A stretch of 63,593 bases of DNA, filler included, from Octopus bimaculoides (GCF_001194135.2; 7 parts of 7 records of this genome joined end to end with filler, not necessarily neighbours in it); one strand, 5' to 3'; shown: positions 1-14,766, counted from the first letter of the whole stretch. Program-made: numbers and translations. Notes: generated from the letters alone by a model not told the origin.

Positions 1-230
1 GGTGGCACATAAAAGACACCATTTCGAGCGTGGCCGTTTTCGTGCGGGTGACACGTAAAAGCACCCACTACACTCTCTGAGTGGTTGGCGTTAGGAAGGG
101 CATCCAGCTGTAGAAACTCTGCCAAATCAGACTGGAGCCTGGTGTTGCCATCCGGTTTCACCAGTCCTCAGTCAAATCGTCCAACCCATGCTAGCATGGA
201 AAGCGGACGTTAAACGATGATGATGATGAT
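1..230 (+). mobile_element. 3' end of an abundant retroposon (RTE-LINE-tail or SINE-like) ending in (GAT)n
   Basis: The block GGTTGGCGTTAGGAAGGGCATCCAGCTGTAGAAAC...CCAACCCATGCTAGCATGGAAAGCGGACGTTAAAC(GAT)n recurs at about 6615-6800, 11018-11107, 31900-32130, 45710-45930, 48966-49340 and 54785-54947. Linking it to RTE is inference from the short-tandem-repeat tail. Confidence 0.75.
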
Positions 231-969
231 ACATGTGTGTGTATATATGCATGCATGTATGTATATGTATACGCGTGTGTGTCTATGTATGCGTGTATGT
301 GTTTATATCTATCTGTCTATCTATATCTATATATATATATATCGAGAAAGAGAGAGAGAGAACAAGAGAATAAGTATACACATACACACACACACACATA
401 CACATGCACATATTTTTATACACATGTGTATAAATGTATTTTTATAAATGTTTATATACATCTACGTATCTGCATGTATAACATATATGAAAACATGTAG
501 ATATAAACACACACATCTATATATATATATATGCTTGTATACATTCTTCTCTCATCTAGATATACTTCAGAAACATAACATATATTTCAGAGAAAAGATC
601 AAAGCTATTCCAATCTTTTTCTTTGAACCATTTTTATTTTTAGTTATGTTTTTTTTTTCATTTCTACCTATTTTTTTTTGTGCACTTTTCTAATTTTTCT
701 TTATACTTTACCTTCATTTGAAAATTCCGTATTTCCAATGTTTTTTTTTTCTTTTTTCACCCGTTGTTTTTGTTTTTTGTTTTGTGTGTTGTTGTTTTTT
801 GTTTTTGTTTTGAAGTTTTTTTTTTATGACTTGACAACATTTCCAAGTAAATTGATTTCAATGTTTTAACGTTTTAAGAAATTGAGAATTAGAAAATGAT
901 AATAATAATAATAGTAATAATAATAATGATAATAAAAATAATAATAATAATAATAATAATAAAAACGAA

Positions 970-1012
<43 letters not shown>

Positions 1013-1581
1013 NNNNNNNNNNNNNNNNNNNNNNNNNNNNNNNNNNNNNNNNNNNNNNNNNNNNNNNNNNNNNNNNNNNNNNNNNNNNNNNNNNNNNNNN
1101 NNNNNNNNNNNNNNNNNNNNNNNNNNNNNNNNNNNNNNNNNNNNNNNNNNNNNNNNNNNNNNNNNNNNNNNNNNNNNNNNNNNNNNNNNNNNNNNNNNNN
1201 NNNNNNNNNNNNNNNNNNNNNNNNNNNNNNNNNNNNNNNNNNNNNNNNNNNNNNNNNNNNNNNNNNNNNNNNNNNNNNNNNNNNNNNNNNNNNNNNNNNN
1301 NNNNNNNNNNNNNNNNNNNNNNNNNNNNNNNNNNNNNNNNNNNNNNNNNNNNNNNNNNNNNNNNNNNNNNNNNNNNNNNNNNNNNNNNNNNNNNNNNNNN
1401 NNNNNNNNNNNNNNNNNNNNNNNNNNNNNNNNNNNNNNNNNNNNNNNNNNNNNNNNNNNNNNNNNNNNNNNNNNNNNNNNNNNNNNNNNNNNNNNNNNNN
1501 NNNNNNNNNNNNNNNNNNNNNNNNNNNNNNNNNNNNNNNNNNNNNNNNNNNNNNNNNNNNNNNNNNNNNNNNNNNNATATA

Positions 1582-1613
<32 letters not shown>

Positions 1614-3029
1614 AGTTAAATTTTTGGTTTCTGATGCGCTGCTTCACTAGGCAGCTTTATAACTTCTCTGCAGAAAATATTTAAATTGATTGGGCCCTGA
1701 TGATATAGACTGTAAACTCTTTGATATTGTTACCCATCTTTCCTTGTTTTATTTCATTTCATTTCATTTCATATTTTATTTTATTTTATTTGGTTTTTGT
1801 TTTTAATTTCGTTTTATTTTTCTTTTGTTTTGTTTTTGTATTTTCTTATTTCAATTGTTTGTTAGTTATTAATACAAGAAAATAAGTTTAAGTACTAGCA
1901 AAAAAATAATAATAAATATATAAAAAAAAATAAAAAAATAAATATAATAGAAATAAAGATAAAAGCAAATAAAATAAAGAAAATAAAAAGAGAGAAGTAG
2001 AATTTTAAAGCATCTTCCTCATATTAGTTTATATTTTTGAATCTTATTGGAAAAACTAATCTGAAATTGGTGTGTGAACATATTTATAGAAAGTAATCTC
2101 TTAAAAATAATTTTGTTTTATGTTTCTTTCTCTCTCTCTCTCTCTCTCTCTCTCCCCCCCTCTCTCTCTCTCCCTCTCTCTCTCTCTCTCTCACTCTCTT
2201 TCTACCTCTGATTCTGTCTCATTATTCCTCTCTCTTTCTCTCCCTGTTTTTATCTATCCCTGTCTTCCTCTTCCCCCCTCTCTGTCTCTCTCACACTTCC
2301 CTGTATTTTTGCTTACCGTTTGACCTCAAGATCACGAGTTCACACCTTGGCACAAGCAGGTATAATAATGATTTAAAGTTTCGGCTCAAGAACAGCACTT
2401 TAAACCTTTCGTTACTGTATTTATTTTGAGATGCTCTGTGCTTCTTTCAATTTATTTTAAATATAACAAAGAATTTAGTAAAATAACTTAGTTATCATTC
2501 ACCTAGTGTTAGGAACATGTGTGTGCGTGTGTATGTGTGTGTGCATGTATAAGCAAGTGCATGTGTGTGTGTATGTATGAACAAGTGTATGTGTGTGTGA
2601 GCGCATATGTGTGTGTGTGTGTGAATGAGTACGTGTGTGTGCATATGTGTGTGCATGTGTGTGTGCATGTGGTATTTGTGTGTGTGTGTGTGTATGACCA
2701 AGTGTATGTGTGTGTGCACATACGTGTGTGTATGTGTGTGTTTGAGCAAGTGTGTGCATGTGCGTGCACATGTGTGTGTATGTGCACACATACAGTGTTA
2801 AAGAATGAAAGAAAAGCATCTAACTGTAAACAAAAAAAGGAACAGCTTCCTTGTTCCCTTCTTAGAATTCATAAGCATAGAGCTGGATTTACAAAAGCCT
2901 ATTTCACTCCACAGCTATGGACATAGAAATATGAAAATCATTATCCTTAACCGAGGAGGGAGGCGGTGGAAGTTATGCAATATGCATTTCAAACTTTGAC
3001 TCTCAATATTAATAAACGTTTTCCACAGG

Positions 3030-3200
3030 CTGCTAAGTTCTTGGCTTCTCAAAGCAGTTCCGGCTCTGATATTTTTATCAGATATATTGGTTTACTTAGA
3101 CTTCATTTTCTGCCACGATACATCCAAGACTGTTATTGACAGGAAGAACACTGTTGGTAATGCTATCCAAACTGACCTTGTTAAACGTTTTTGTTTTCTT
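3030..3200 (-). mobile_element. Possible degenerate hAT transposase C-terminal (dimerisation) remnant
   Basis: The minus strand reads IALPTVFFLSITV...KMKSK*TNISDKNIRAGTALRSQELSSL, loosely resembling the hAT motif IAL..FL.LPVT...ERSFSKLK.IK..LRS..SQERLSSL. It is interrupted by a stop. Confidence 0.3.
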
Positions 3201-3264
3201 TCCAAAATAATTGCTTCCTTGTTTGGCAATTATTGTATAACAGTGGGATTAAAAGATGCGTATA

Positions 3265-3731
<467 letters not shown>

Positions 3732-4005
3732 AATGACTGGTGCTATAGAAGAAGGCACTTGTCCAAGATGCTGTTTAGTGGGATTGAACACAAAACCATG
3801 TAGATGGCAAGCAAATTTCTTAACCACACATCTCATGTTTGTGTTCAGGATTATAATTCAATATGATCATTATTTCCAAAGGCAGTCAGACACTACATGA
3901 GGTGGTGGTGGTGGAGGTGGAATTTCTATTGCTATTTCTAGAAGCTTCCATGTTCGTTTGTATTCATTCAGTGACTCCTTGTTGATGTTGTTGTTGTTTG
4001 CCCAG

Positions 4006-4107
4006 GTACCTCAGTATTACAAACTACAAGACTATGAACCATGCGATATACACGAAGCAGCTGTCTCCTACTTGTACCCAGATCCCGAAAGGTACATGCC
4101 CATCACG
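4006..4107 (+). CDS. CFAP221: Internal coding exon (102 nt, phase 0-0) of a CFAP221/PCDP1-like cilia/flagella protein
   Basis: Acceptor TTTGCCCAG and donor ACG|GTGAGT. Translates VPQYYKLQDYEPCDIHEAAVSYLYPDPERYMPIT, matching from memory the CFAP221 segment VPQYYKIKRYEPFSVHKSSTSY. Confidence 0.72.
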
Positions 4108-4385
4108 GTGAGTGAGTTTTATATTTCTGTTGATTCATCTTTCTTGCATTATTATAGCATATTCAATACATCCTATAGTAACGTTGGTCACCTAATTGTA
4201 TATATTTATTTTTGTATATATTTATATTTAACATTTATCATCTAATTGCATATATTTATCATTGCTTTTCATAAAAAAAGCCTTTATTTTTTTGATATCC
4301 AATGTGCATTTTTGCTTTTTGTCTTCTTACTTTCCCCCATATCTCTTCTATGTGTAATTTCTATTTTCTTTTTGAAACGTATTTC

Positions 4386-4426
<41 letters not shown>

Positions 4427-4499
4427 TGTAGGTATGTACATACATGTACATATATATGCAAATACTCATTTATTATTTGTATTATATATATATATATAT

Positions 4500-4543
<44 letters not shown>

Positions 4544-4749
4544 TTCAAACGTATAGAAAATGAAAGACAAATATTGGTGAAGGAGCAACAAGCAGGTGTA
4601 TTAGTTTGATGCATGAGAAGAATGGAGTACAGTTTTGCAGCCTTATTGTTAACTTTCTTCTTCATTACTTTGATACTTAAACCACTGAAAATGGTTGTTT
4701 TTCTCTTTTATTTTTCTTCCCCCTGAAACCTGTCTTTGACTCCATCAAG

Positions 4750-4968
4750 GTAACTACACCTGTGGTCGTCATCGATTCCTCTTTCAAATACAGAAAGAAA
4801 GCTAAATCACCCAAGAAAAAACACCCGGAAACCCATGAAAAATCTGGCGCTACAAAGAGGTTATCTCCACCAAAAATGGACAGCAGTATCACTGATGAAA
4901 CTTTAATGAAATTTAAGATGCCAGACTTTTTGCTGCATCATTTGAAGAATTCGACAGAGCACATGTTT
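4750..4968 (+). CDS. CFAP221: Next coding exon (219 nt, phase 0-0) of the CFAP221-like gene
   Basis: Acceptor CCATCAAG and donor TTT|GTAAGT, joining in frame with the previous exon. Translates VTTPVVVIDSSFKYRKKAKSP...LMKFKMPDFLLHHLKNSTEHMF, which aligns loosely with CFAP221 VTTI...SMKPPEALAMSLDYDPLYVF. Confidence 0.65.
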
Positions 4969-6003
4969 GTAAGTGAAATGCTATTTTCATTACATTGGTC
5001 ATTTTCTTTCTTCCTTAGTTAATCTTTTTGCTACCATATATCTGCTGAAATGCATTCTCTTCAAGCATGTCGTGTACCTTGGTGGCTAGTTGTTATAAGA
5101 GAGAGAATCATTTCTATTTTGAAAATATTTCTTTCCTACACTAGGCACAAGGCCCAAAACTTTTGGGGTGGGGCCAGTCGATTAGATCGACCCCAGTATG
5201 CAACTGGGGGTCAGTATAATCAACTCATCCCCTCCCCCAAAATTGCTGCTGTTGTGACAAAATTTACAATAATCATCATCATCATCATCATCATCATTGC
5301 CGCCGCAGCCACCACCACCACCACCACCACCANNNNNNNNNNACCACCACCACAACCACCACAACCACCACCACCACCACCACCACCATCATCACTATGG
5401 CTAGTGTGAAAAGACCGATTCTGTGCGTGCGCATCTGTGAAAAAAAGGAGAATGGCCCTGTTGTTCAGGCACCCATGGCTTTTGTGGGTTTTTCCACAAG
5501 GACCTTAAAGCGCCTCACCTATTGGGAGTTTTTAATTTGTTCAATTTTTATTGTTATTACATTGTGTACACACCAAAACCCATTGTATCATCTTGATTTT
5601 GTCTTTTATGTTGTATGTCTTTTAATATTTTTTATGTGAGGCCTTGTGGCCAATAAAAAAATTAATTATTGTTATTGTTATTTCTATAAAAGATTTCCAA
5701 CACATTTGTAGGGAATTAATTTTTATTGTAAATTTTCTCTTTAGTCTTTCATCCTCTGAGAGACTATCTACTGTTTAAACAATTTCAAAGAATTGGTTGC
5801 TTTAACATTTCCGTGAGGTTGTTTGAAAAACAAATAAAAAGCGAAAAAAAAAATGAAGACATCAATGGAAGAGTGTAGATTTAATTAGATTAGATGCTCA
5901 ACTGCACTAGATGCTGTCAGATGGGAAAGGATCAAGCAGTATCTAATTATCTTGCTGACACAACTACTTTACCAAATTTTACATACATGGGCTTCTGTAT
6001 CAT

Positions 6004-6056
<53 letters not shown>

Positions 6057-6110
6057 TATACACACATGTATATATATGTGTATATATATGTATATATACA
6101 TTTATAGATA

Positions 6111-6153
<43 letters not shown>

Positions 6154-6223
6154 TCATACATATATATATACATTCATACATGTTATATGTGTGTGAGTTT
6201 TATATGTATATGTTTTGTATATG

Positions 6224-6275
<52 letters not shown>

Positions 6276-6325
6276 CATATCTTTGTGGGTANNNNNNNNN
6301 NTGTGTGTATACATATCTTTGTGGG

Positions 6326-6356
<31 letters not shown>

Positions 6357-6365
6357 GTATATATA

Positions 6366-6570
6366 CAGGGTGCGTAAGATATTTGAGGACAGATTTATGT
6401 GTATAAAAACAGAAATATAATAACAGATGATAACTTTATTTATCAAAAAAGGCTAGGAGGATAAAAATAAACCTTCTTTTCTATAATGTTATTCAATAAA
6501 GCCACCTTCAGCTTCAACAACTGCTTCTATATGAGATCTAAATCATCTACATGCTCGAATCAAGTGGTCC
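6366..6570 (-). mobile_element. Tc1/mariner (maT-like) 3' terminal fragment with TIR
   Basis: Begins TA|CAGGGTG. The minus strand gives DHLIRACR*FRSHIEAVVEAEGGFIE*, a typical Tc1/maT transposase C-terminus. Confidence 0.7.
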
Positions 6571-7002
6571 TGGTTCATTTTGGATATCACTCTGACTATG
6601 TCATGTAAAAAGCACTAAGTCCACTCTGCTGAGCAGTTGGAGTTAGGAAGGACATCCAGCTGTAAAAATCCTGCCAAAACAGTCACAGATGTCTGGTGCA
6701 GGCTTCGGCTTGGGTGGGTCTTGTCAAACTGTGCCACTCATGCTAGCATGGAAGGCAGATGTTAAATGATGATGATGATGATAATGATGATTATGATGAG
6801 AGACACTCAAACACATGTACACACAAGAGCATATATATAAATAGTTTGGCTGCTTGTTTCTCTGGAGATTGTCAAAATGATGTGGATGCTTCTGAGGAGA
6901 ACCCAGTAAGGTTCGAAAATTGATTCAGGTTGTTCATTTTTTTTCAGTCTGCGGAGAGAAATGGCTAAAATTTGCCCTGTTTATAATTATACCATATGTT
7001 AC

Positions 7003-7065
<63 letters not shown>

Positions 7066-7358
7066 TAGATATACATGAGTTTCCATGTATGAAATTCATG
7101 GTCCAGGGCTATTGTAGGAGATAATTATTCTATTCAAGGTGCTGCACTGTGAGATTGAACCAAAAACCATGTGGTAGCAGAGCAAAGCAAACTTCTTAAC
7201 CATACTGCCACGCTTGCACTCACAACAAAATTTAAAAGCTGGATATCATCATTATCGTTATTGTCGTCATCATCATCATCATCATTATCATCATTATCAT
7301 CATTATCATCATCATCATCATCACATCCTTGCCATTGTCACTGTCATCGCCATTGTTA

Positions 7359-7398
<40 letters not shown>

Positions 7399-8097
7399 CA
7401 TCATCATTATTATTATTGTTGTTGTTATTGTTGTTGTTGTTATTGTTGTTGTTACTAAACTAAAATATAGAAATTCGAGCAGAACAAAACATGACACAAA
7501 GCAAACCATTGTGTAACATGTCTGTCCACCTTGTAAAATAGCTGTTGACTTCTGGCAACATTCCGTTTTATTTTCTGTCATTATTATTATTNNNNNNNNN
7601 NNNNNNNNNNNNNNNNNNNNNNNNNNNNNNNNNNNNNNNNNNNNNNNNNNNNNNNNNNNNNNNNNNNNNNNNNNNNNNNNNNNNNNNNNNNNNNNNNNNN
7701 NNNNNNNNNNNNNNNNNNNNNNNNNNNNNNNNNNNNNNNNNNNNNNNNNNNNNNNNNNNNNNNNNNNNNNNNNNNNNNNNNNNNNNNNNNNNNNNNNNNN
7801 NNNNNNNNNNNNNNNNNNNNNNNNNNNNNNNNNNNNNNNNNNNNNNNNNNNNNNNNNNNNNNNNNNNNNNNNNNNNNNNNNNNNNNNNNNNNNNNNNNNN
7901 NNNNNNNNNNNNNNNNNNNNNNNNNNNNNNNNNNNNNNNNNNNNNNNNNNNNNNNNNNNNNNNNNNNNNNNNNNNNNNNNNNNNNNNNNNNNNNNNNNNN
8001 NNNNNNNNNNNNNNNNNNNNNNNNNNNNNNNNNNNNNNNNNNNNNNNNNNNNNNNNNNNNNNNNNNNNNNNNNNNNNNNNNNNNNNNNNNNNNNNNA

Positions 8098-8620
8098 ATA
8101 CATACATGCACATACATGCAGACATACACACATATACACATGCATACATATACATGCAGACATACATATACACATGCTTACACACATACATACACACAAA
8201 CACACACACACATTCACATATATACATACATGCATACATACATACATACATACATACACATACATGCAGACATACTCACATATACACATGCATACATATA
8301 CATGCAGACATACATATACACATGCTTACACACATACATACACACAAACACACACACACATTCACATATATACATACATACATACATACATACACATACA
8401 TGCAGACATACTCACATATAGACATGCTTACACACGCCTACACACACACAAGCACATACACACATACAAGCATACACATACATATGGACATACACACATA
8501 TACACAAGCCTACGCACATGCAGACATACACACATATACACCTGCTTACACGCACTTACATACATATAAACACACCCACATACATCACACACACACACAC
8601 ACACACACATACATTATGTC
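8098..8620. repeat. Complex CA-rich minisatellite with a 148-bp higher-order period
   Basis: A roughly 100-nt block starting CATATACACATGCATACATATACATGCAGAC occurs identically at 8131 and 8279, with a degenerate third unit after it. Confidence 0.85.
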
Positions 8621-8974
8621 CAAGTAAAATACAAAGAAAAAATAATATAAAGGAAACGAGAAAGAAATAAAGCGAAGCCTGCCTTTCACCCATCACCCCT
8701 ACCTCTACCCCCTCCCCCTCGCTCACCCCCATCTGATAAAGAAGGAAATGTAAAAATTTCCATTTTAGAACTTTGGGCCATAATCGTAATTGTCAATTGA
8801 CTGGTTTGTCTCTATTATGAACCATTAAACTAATTAGAACGATTACTTTTACTGCTGTTACAACAACAAAACACAATGATATCGATAATAATAATAATAA
8901 TGATTATGATGATGATGATGACAACGTTGATCATGACAATGATGATTGTGATGGTGATTGTGTTATTAAAACAG

Positions 8975-9107
8975 TTGAAATGTTGAAGAAATACTGCAGA
9001 ATTCTATGCAAACATGTTGAACGGGAAGAAAACAAAAGCAACTGGAAAGCAGCACTTTCTCCGTTTTTTGATTCTGTTGCTATTCTGCGAGAATTATATA
9101 AAAAAAA
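8975..9107 (+). CDS. Candidate coding exon running into an assembly gap (possibly CFAP221)
   Basis: Acceptor TTATTAAAACAG and open frame VEMLKKYCRILCKHVEREENKSNWKAALSPFFDSVAILRELYKK, with only weak resemblance to the CFAP221 ...W-K... region. No donor is visible before the N run. Confidence 0.25.
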
Positions 9108-9590
9108 ANNNNNNNNNNNNNNNNNNNNNNNNNNNNNNNNNNNNNNNNNNNNNNNNNNNNNNNNNNNNNNNNNNNNNNNNNNNNNNNNNNNNNNNNNNNN
9201 NNNNNNNNNNNNNNNNNNNNNNNNNNNNNNNNNNNNNNNNNNNNNNNNNNNNNNNNNNNNNNNNNNNNNNNNNNNNNNNNNNNNNNNNNNNNNNNNNNNN
9301 NNNNNNNNNNNNNNNNNNNNNNNNNNNNNNNNNNNNNNNNNNNNNNNNNNNNNNNNNNNNNNNNNNNNNNNNNNNNNNNNNNNNNNNNNNNNNNNNNNNN
9401 NNNNNNNNNNNNNNNNNNNNNNNNNNNNNNNNNNNNNNNNNNNNNNNNNNNNNNNNNNNNNNNNNNNNNNNNNNNNNNNNNNNNNNNNNNNNNNNNNNNN
9501 NNNNNNNNNNNNNNNNNNNNNNNNNNNNNNNNNNNNNNNNNNNNNNNNNNNNNNNNNNNNNNNNNNNNNNNNNNNNNNNNNNNNNNNNNN

Positions 9591-9650
<60 letters not shown>

Positions 9651-10744
9651 GTATGTGTGTGTATATATATATAGATACAGAGATAGATTGATAGATAGAT
9701 AGATAAATAGATAGATAGGTATAGATGTAAATATGCATATTTCCATGTGTGTGTGTTTGTGGGTGTATTTATGTATTTGCTGTGAGGTAAAGTCATGTGT
9801 ATTTCTTTCATATTATGTATCAAAAACTGACTTCTTGCTGTTTCCAGTTATTCATTCACTCTACAGACTTTGTCGTAGCCCCAAAAATCATAAGTATACA
9901 TGAGCATTTTTTAAAGCTTCATTGTGAAAAATACCACACTCAGACACAATGTACAATTCACACACACACACACACACACACATATGTAACAAGTGTAGGC
10001 AGATTGTCTATGGCTGAATGCCCTTCCTGTTGTCAACTCTCACTGGCTTGATAGGCCTCTTTCAGTTTCTGTTTGCCATATCCACCCAGATGCATTTGGT
10101 CAGCTTGGGGACCAAACAAACCCTTGAGAGTGGAAGACATTTGCTTATGGTACCATGCAATGGGACTGAACCCAGAACCGCATGGTTGGGAAGCAAACAT
10201 CTTAGCATAGAGCCACACCTTCCCTTCATAGATTAACAAGAACATGTACTGTATCTGAAGCAATTTTTCAGTTATCAGCGAATATCAAGAACCCATACTG
10301 GAATATTGAATAGTAGTGGCAGTATCAAGTTATGTACAACTTCTAAAGATAGCTTAAACTCATTCAATTTCATTAATGTAAACATTCATCTTTAAAACTA
10401 CAAAGACCTGTCCTGTTTAGGTTAGCTTATATTATAAATTAAAAGCAAACAAACTGAGATATGTTACATGTGAGAGAAGAGAGAAGTGCAAACAGCGTTA
10501 TGCTCATGCATGTTTGTTTGTACATGCATGCAACGATGCACATGTGCACTTGAGATAGATGGGTTCATGAAAGACACGTGAACTCGCTGTCGTACTTGTA
10601 CAGTAAACACATGTCAATACAAACATATATACATACTCACACATGCATTCATTCATACATATATGCATGCACCCGTACATGCATCCATCCATCCATACAT
10701 ACATACATACATACATACATATACATATATATATGTGTGCGTGG

Positions 10745-10775
<31 letters not shown>

Positions 10776-10925
10776 ATCGTCATCATCATCATCATCGTTT
10801 AACATCCATTTTCCATGCTGGCATGGGTTGGATGGTTTGACTGGGGACTGGCAAGCCAGGAGGCTGCACAAGGCTCCAATCTGATATATATATGTATATA
10901 GATATCTAGGTGGATATGGCAAGCA

Positions 10926-10968
10926 GATAGATAAATAGATAGACAGATAGATAGATAGATAGATAGAC

Positions 10969-11016
<48 letters not shown>
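10926..11016. repeat. (GATA)n tetranucleotide microsatellite
   Basis: Directly visible. It is representative of dozens of (AT)n, (CA)n, (GA)n, (ATT)n, (CAT)n and (TATG)n tracts across the window. Confidence 0.95.
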
Positions 11017-11927
11017 CAGCTGTAGAAACTCTGCCAAATCGGACTGGAGCCTGGTGTTGCCATCCGGTTTCACCAGTCCTCAGTCAAATCGTCCAACCCA
11101 TGCTAGCNNNNNNNNNNNNNNNNNNNNNNNNNNNNNNNNNNNNNNNNNNNNNNNNNNNNNNNNNNNNNNNNNNNNNNNNNNNNNNNNNNNNNNNNNNNNN
11201 NNNNNNNNNNNNNNNNNNNNNNNNNNNNNNNNNNNNNNNNNNNNNNNNNNNNNNNNNNNNNNNNNNNNNNNNNNNNNNNNNNNNNNNNNNNNNNNNNNNN
11301 NNNNNNNNNNNNNNNNNNNNNNNNNNNNNNNNNNNNNNNNNNNNNNNNNNNNNNNNNNNNNNNNNNNNNNNNNNNNNNNNNNNNNNNNNNNNNNNNNNNN
11401 NNNNNNNNNNNNNNNNNNNNNNNNNNNNNNNNNNNNNNNNNNNNNNNNNNNNNNNNNNNNNNNNNNNNNNNNNNNNNNNNNNNNNNNNNNNNNNNNNNNN
11501 NNNNNNNNNNNNNNNNNNNNNNNNNNNNNNNNNNNNNNNNNNNNNNNNNNNNNNNNNNNNNNNNNNNNNNNNNNNNNNNNNNNNNNNNNNNNNNNNNNNN
11601 NNNNNNNNNNNNNNNNNNNNNNNNNNNNNNNNNNNNNNNNNNNNNNNNNNNNNNNNNNNNNNNNNNNNNNNNNNNNNNNNNNNNNNNNNNNNNNNNNNNN
11701 NNNNNNNNNNNNNNNNNNNNNNNNNNNNNNNNNNNNNNNNNNNNNNNNNNNNNNNNNNNNNNNNNNNNNNNNNNNNNNNNNNNNNNNNNNNNNNNNNNNN
11801 NNNNNNNNNNNNNNNNNNNNNNNNNNNNNNNNNNNNNNNNNNNNNNNNNNNNNNNNNNNNNNNNNNNNNNNNNNNNNNNNNNNNNNNNNNNNNNNNNNNN
11901 NNNNNNNNNNNNNNNNNNNNNNNNNNN

Positions 11928-11967
<40 letters not shown>

Positions 11968-14510
11968 TACATATTTATGAGTGTGTATCTGTGTTTGTCC
12001 CCCACCATCACTTGGCAATTGATGCTGGTGCATTCATGTCACCATAACTTAGTGGTTTGGCAACAGAGACAGATGGAAGATACTTGCTTTAAAGAAAAAA
12101 ATGCTGTTGTAATTCTTTGCTAATTTTTGAATGGTTTTTATGAGGCTGGTATTTTTTGTGTTTAATTAACCTGATATGTTCATTATGGGCATGACTGAAC
12201 AGCATCCAATTAGAACTTGCTAGGTCATTACTTTAACTACTTTATGATCAATAAGGATGTCTCCTGCTCTTTGTAAGCTTACGGTGCCCTAAAGCGGGTT
12301 GTATGTTGCTGCTCAGGTTAAGAACCATTAATGTAGAGGCTTCCTCATTGATTGAGGTAGCTGCATTTTGAATCTATGGTTGCCTTCTCAATTGTCTAAC
12401 ATCTCAGCTACCAGGCACTGTTTGCATTCTTCCTACCACTTCTGTTTACCAAAAAAAAAAAAAAATAGAAAAAAAAATGGGGTGGGGGAATAATAAAAAT
12501 GAAAATAAAAAAAGCAGAATATAACCCCCTTGAGCTTAGGGGTCTAGACTGTTAAGAACAGGAATTCATGAATTTAATTACAATAATTAAAACTATACAT
12601 AACTGAAAATACCACAAACAATGCTCATAAAATAAAAATAACATAAACAAGCGAAATTAAAAACTGAAAAACAAACTACCATCACCACCACTAACACCAC
12701 CACTACTATCACCCAACAACAGCAACAATAGAAATCAAGTAGGATTTCGTTTTGTTATTGGCAGTTAAAAATTATTTATTATGTTTAAATGCTTTTCTTC
12801 ATATTTGATACGAAGTGTTTTCATTGAATATGAAATTACGCTAAAGGGTAGCAATTAATAACTTCGTTCTTTTAACTCGTTAACTTGTGCTGTTGTCGTT
12901 GCTACTGCTCTGATTCTTGTTATTGTTGTCGTATACAACATGCGGATATGTAACAATAATAGTTATCACAACATAGAATTAATCTTTGATAGAAATGTTA
13001 ATTAAAGGAACTGTTCATTTCTCTTATTTTATTTTATTTAGTTTTATTTTAATTTTGTTTTTTTTTGTTTTCCTGTTTGGAAAATTTGGAAATTTTCATT
13101 GTTCTTTGAAACCAATGAAAAATACCCCCTGCCAAAAAAAAAAAAAAAAGAAAGAAAGAAAACAGAAGGTATCTTATGGCTTGTACCGGGTTTAGTTTTG
13201 TGTTCACATTTATACAGTGTGCTTAAGAGATCTACAAGCAACAATAATGGTTATCAAAACCTAGAATTAAAAAGTATGGAAATTTGCTAACTTCCATTGT
13301 TCTTTGAAACCAATGAAAAGAATGGCAGAATGGTGAGGATAATAGAATGCTTGACAAAATGTCTTAAGGCTCATAGGTTGGGATGATTGGCTGCGAAGAT
13401 CGCGAAGTGTGTGTGTGTATGTGAGGGCAGTAGGTAAATTTGTTTGATAGAATTAAAATATTTTCAATTTTGTTAAGCGCCTTCTTGAAGAGAGAATTAC
13501 TTCATAAATATTTGCTTGTTTAAGAATGGAAGCATCGTCCCTAGGTACCTATTTATTTTTCGACCCCTTTAGTATTTAAACTGGTCATATCTGGTCTTAA
13601 AATATTCAATCTCTTTTACATCTAAACTAGCCAGATCTGTAAGGAACAAATTGTTAAATAGTAGAAATTACTAAAGATGGTGAAGATTTATATAAAAAAT
13701 TATAATGGATTTTGATGCCTCGTCTGTTATGAAGCAAGAGGTACCTCACGTTGAGATGGAACCTTAAACAATATGGTTGTGACAGAAACTTCTTAACCTT
13801 GCAGCCATGTGTGTGCTTGCTAAAGAGCTATGACATATTGATGAAAGAAACAAAAAGAAACAAAAAGCTAAATAAATATGAAAAGAAAGGAAAGAGAAAA
13901 ATAAATGATAACCCCACCAGAACAAGTTCATCAAATTTATTAAATCAATTAGTTAATTTGTGTCATTATTGAATTCTGAATAAATTCTGATACGTTTAAT
14001 GCTGTCAGTTTCAATTTTATAGTTTTATGATGTTCATTGTTGGACACATCACTATTCCAAGCAAGATACACACACACACACACACACACACAAAACACAC
14101 ACACTTATATAAGTTTATCTCTGACAGGATTTGAAATCTGTACAGCGATCTTCAGGGTCTTTGTGGGTGAATGAATCATGGTACCAAAAGAAAACATTTT
14201 ATGGAATCTATTTTGATTCTGGTGATTTCAGATCTTGTCAGAGCTAACCTTACATGGCATCATTCTTGCAGAGTTAATGTTGCTGGTTGTTGATGTTTAG
14301 CCCCAGGTCAGGACACTTATGATGTGGCATAACCATGATAGAAGACAATTCCAGCTGTGATCACATCATGTTTTCTTTTTCCTGATTTTTTTTTCTTAAT
14401 TTTGATTTTTTGTTTTGTTTAAGAAACAGTGTTTATACGTGTCTGTGTCAGTGTGTGTATGAGTGTGTGTGTATGTATGTATGTGTGTGTATGTATGTAT
14501 GTGTGTGGAA

Positions 14511-14549
<39 letters not shown>

Positions 14550-14666
14550 GATAGGAGATAGAATTTTATGTATGTATATTGTGTATATATATGTATGTAT
14601 GTGTGCTTATATATATAAATATATATATATATATATAAGCACAAACACACACATACACACATATGA

Positions 14667-14766
14667 NNNNNNNNNNNNNNNNNNNNNNNNNNNNNNNNNN
14701 NNNNNNNNNNTTAATTAATTAANNNNNNNNNNNNNNNNNNNNNNNNNNNNNNNNNNNNNNNNNNNN
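14667..14766. other. Artificial scaffold linker (44 N + TTAATTAATTAA + 44 N)
   Basis: The identical 100-bp structure also occurs at 19745-19844, 23869-23968, 40735-40834, 59856-59955 and 62270-62369. The 12-mer carries stops in all six frames. Confidence 0.95.

Noticed and set aside
1631-1665. CTGATGC-GCTGC-TTCACTAG-GCAGC hairpin resembling a hammerhead
   Set aside because: The core has C instead of A9 and there is no GAAA after stem II.
4075-4100. YPDPERYMP resembling the P450 PERF motif
   Set aside because: It is on the opposite strand from, and 55 kb away from, the CYP4 exons. The surrounding exon matches CFAP221 better.
6266-6327. Short direct duplications flanking 10-N gaps (also 61389-61611 and about 62073-62101)
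   Set aside because: Contig-overlap artefacts rather than biological repeats.
13216-13275. Possible small exon VLKRSTSNNNGYQNLELK
   Set aside because: The phases do not fit the preceding phase-0 donor, there is no recognisable homology, and it sits between local direct repeats.
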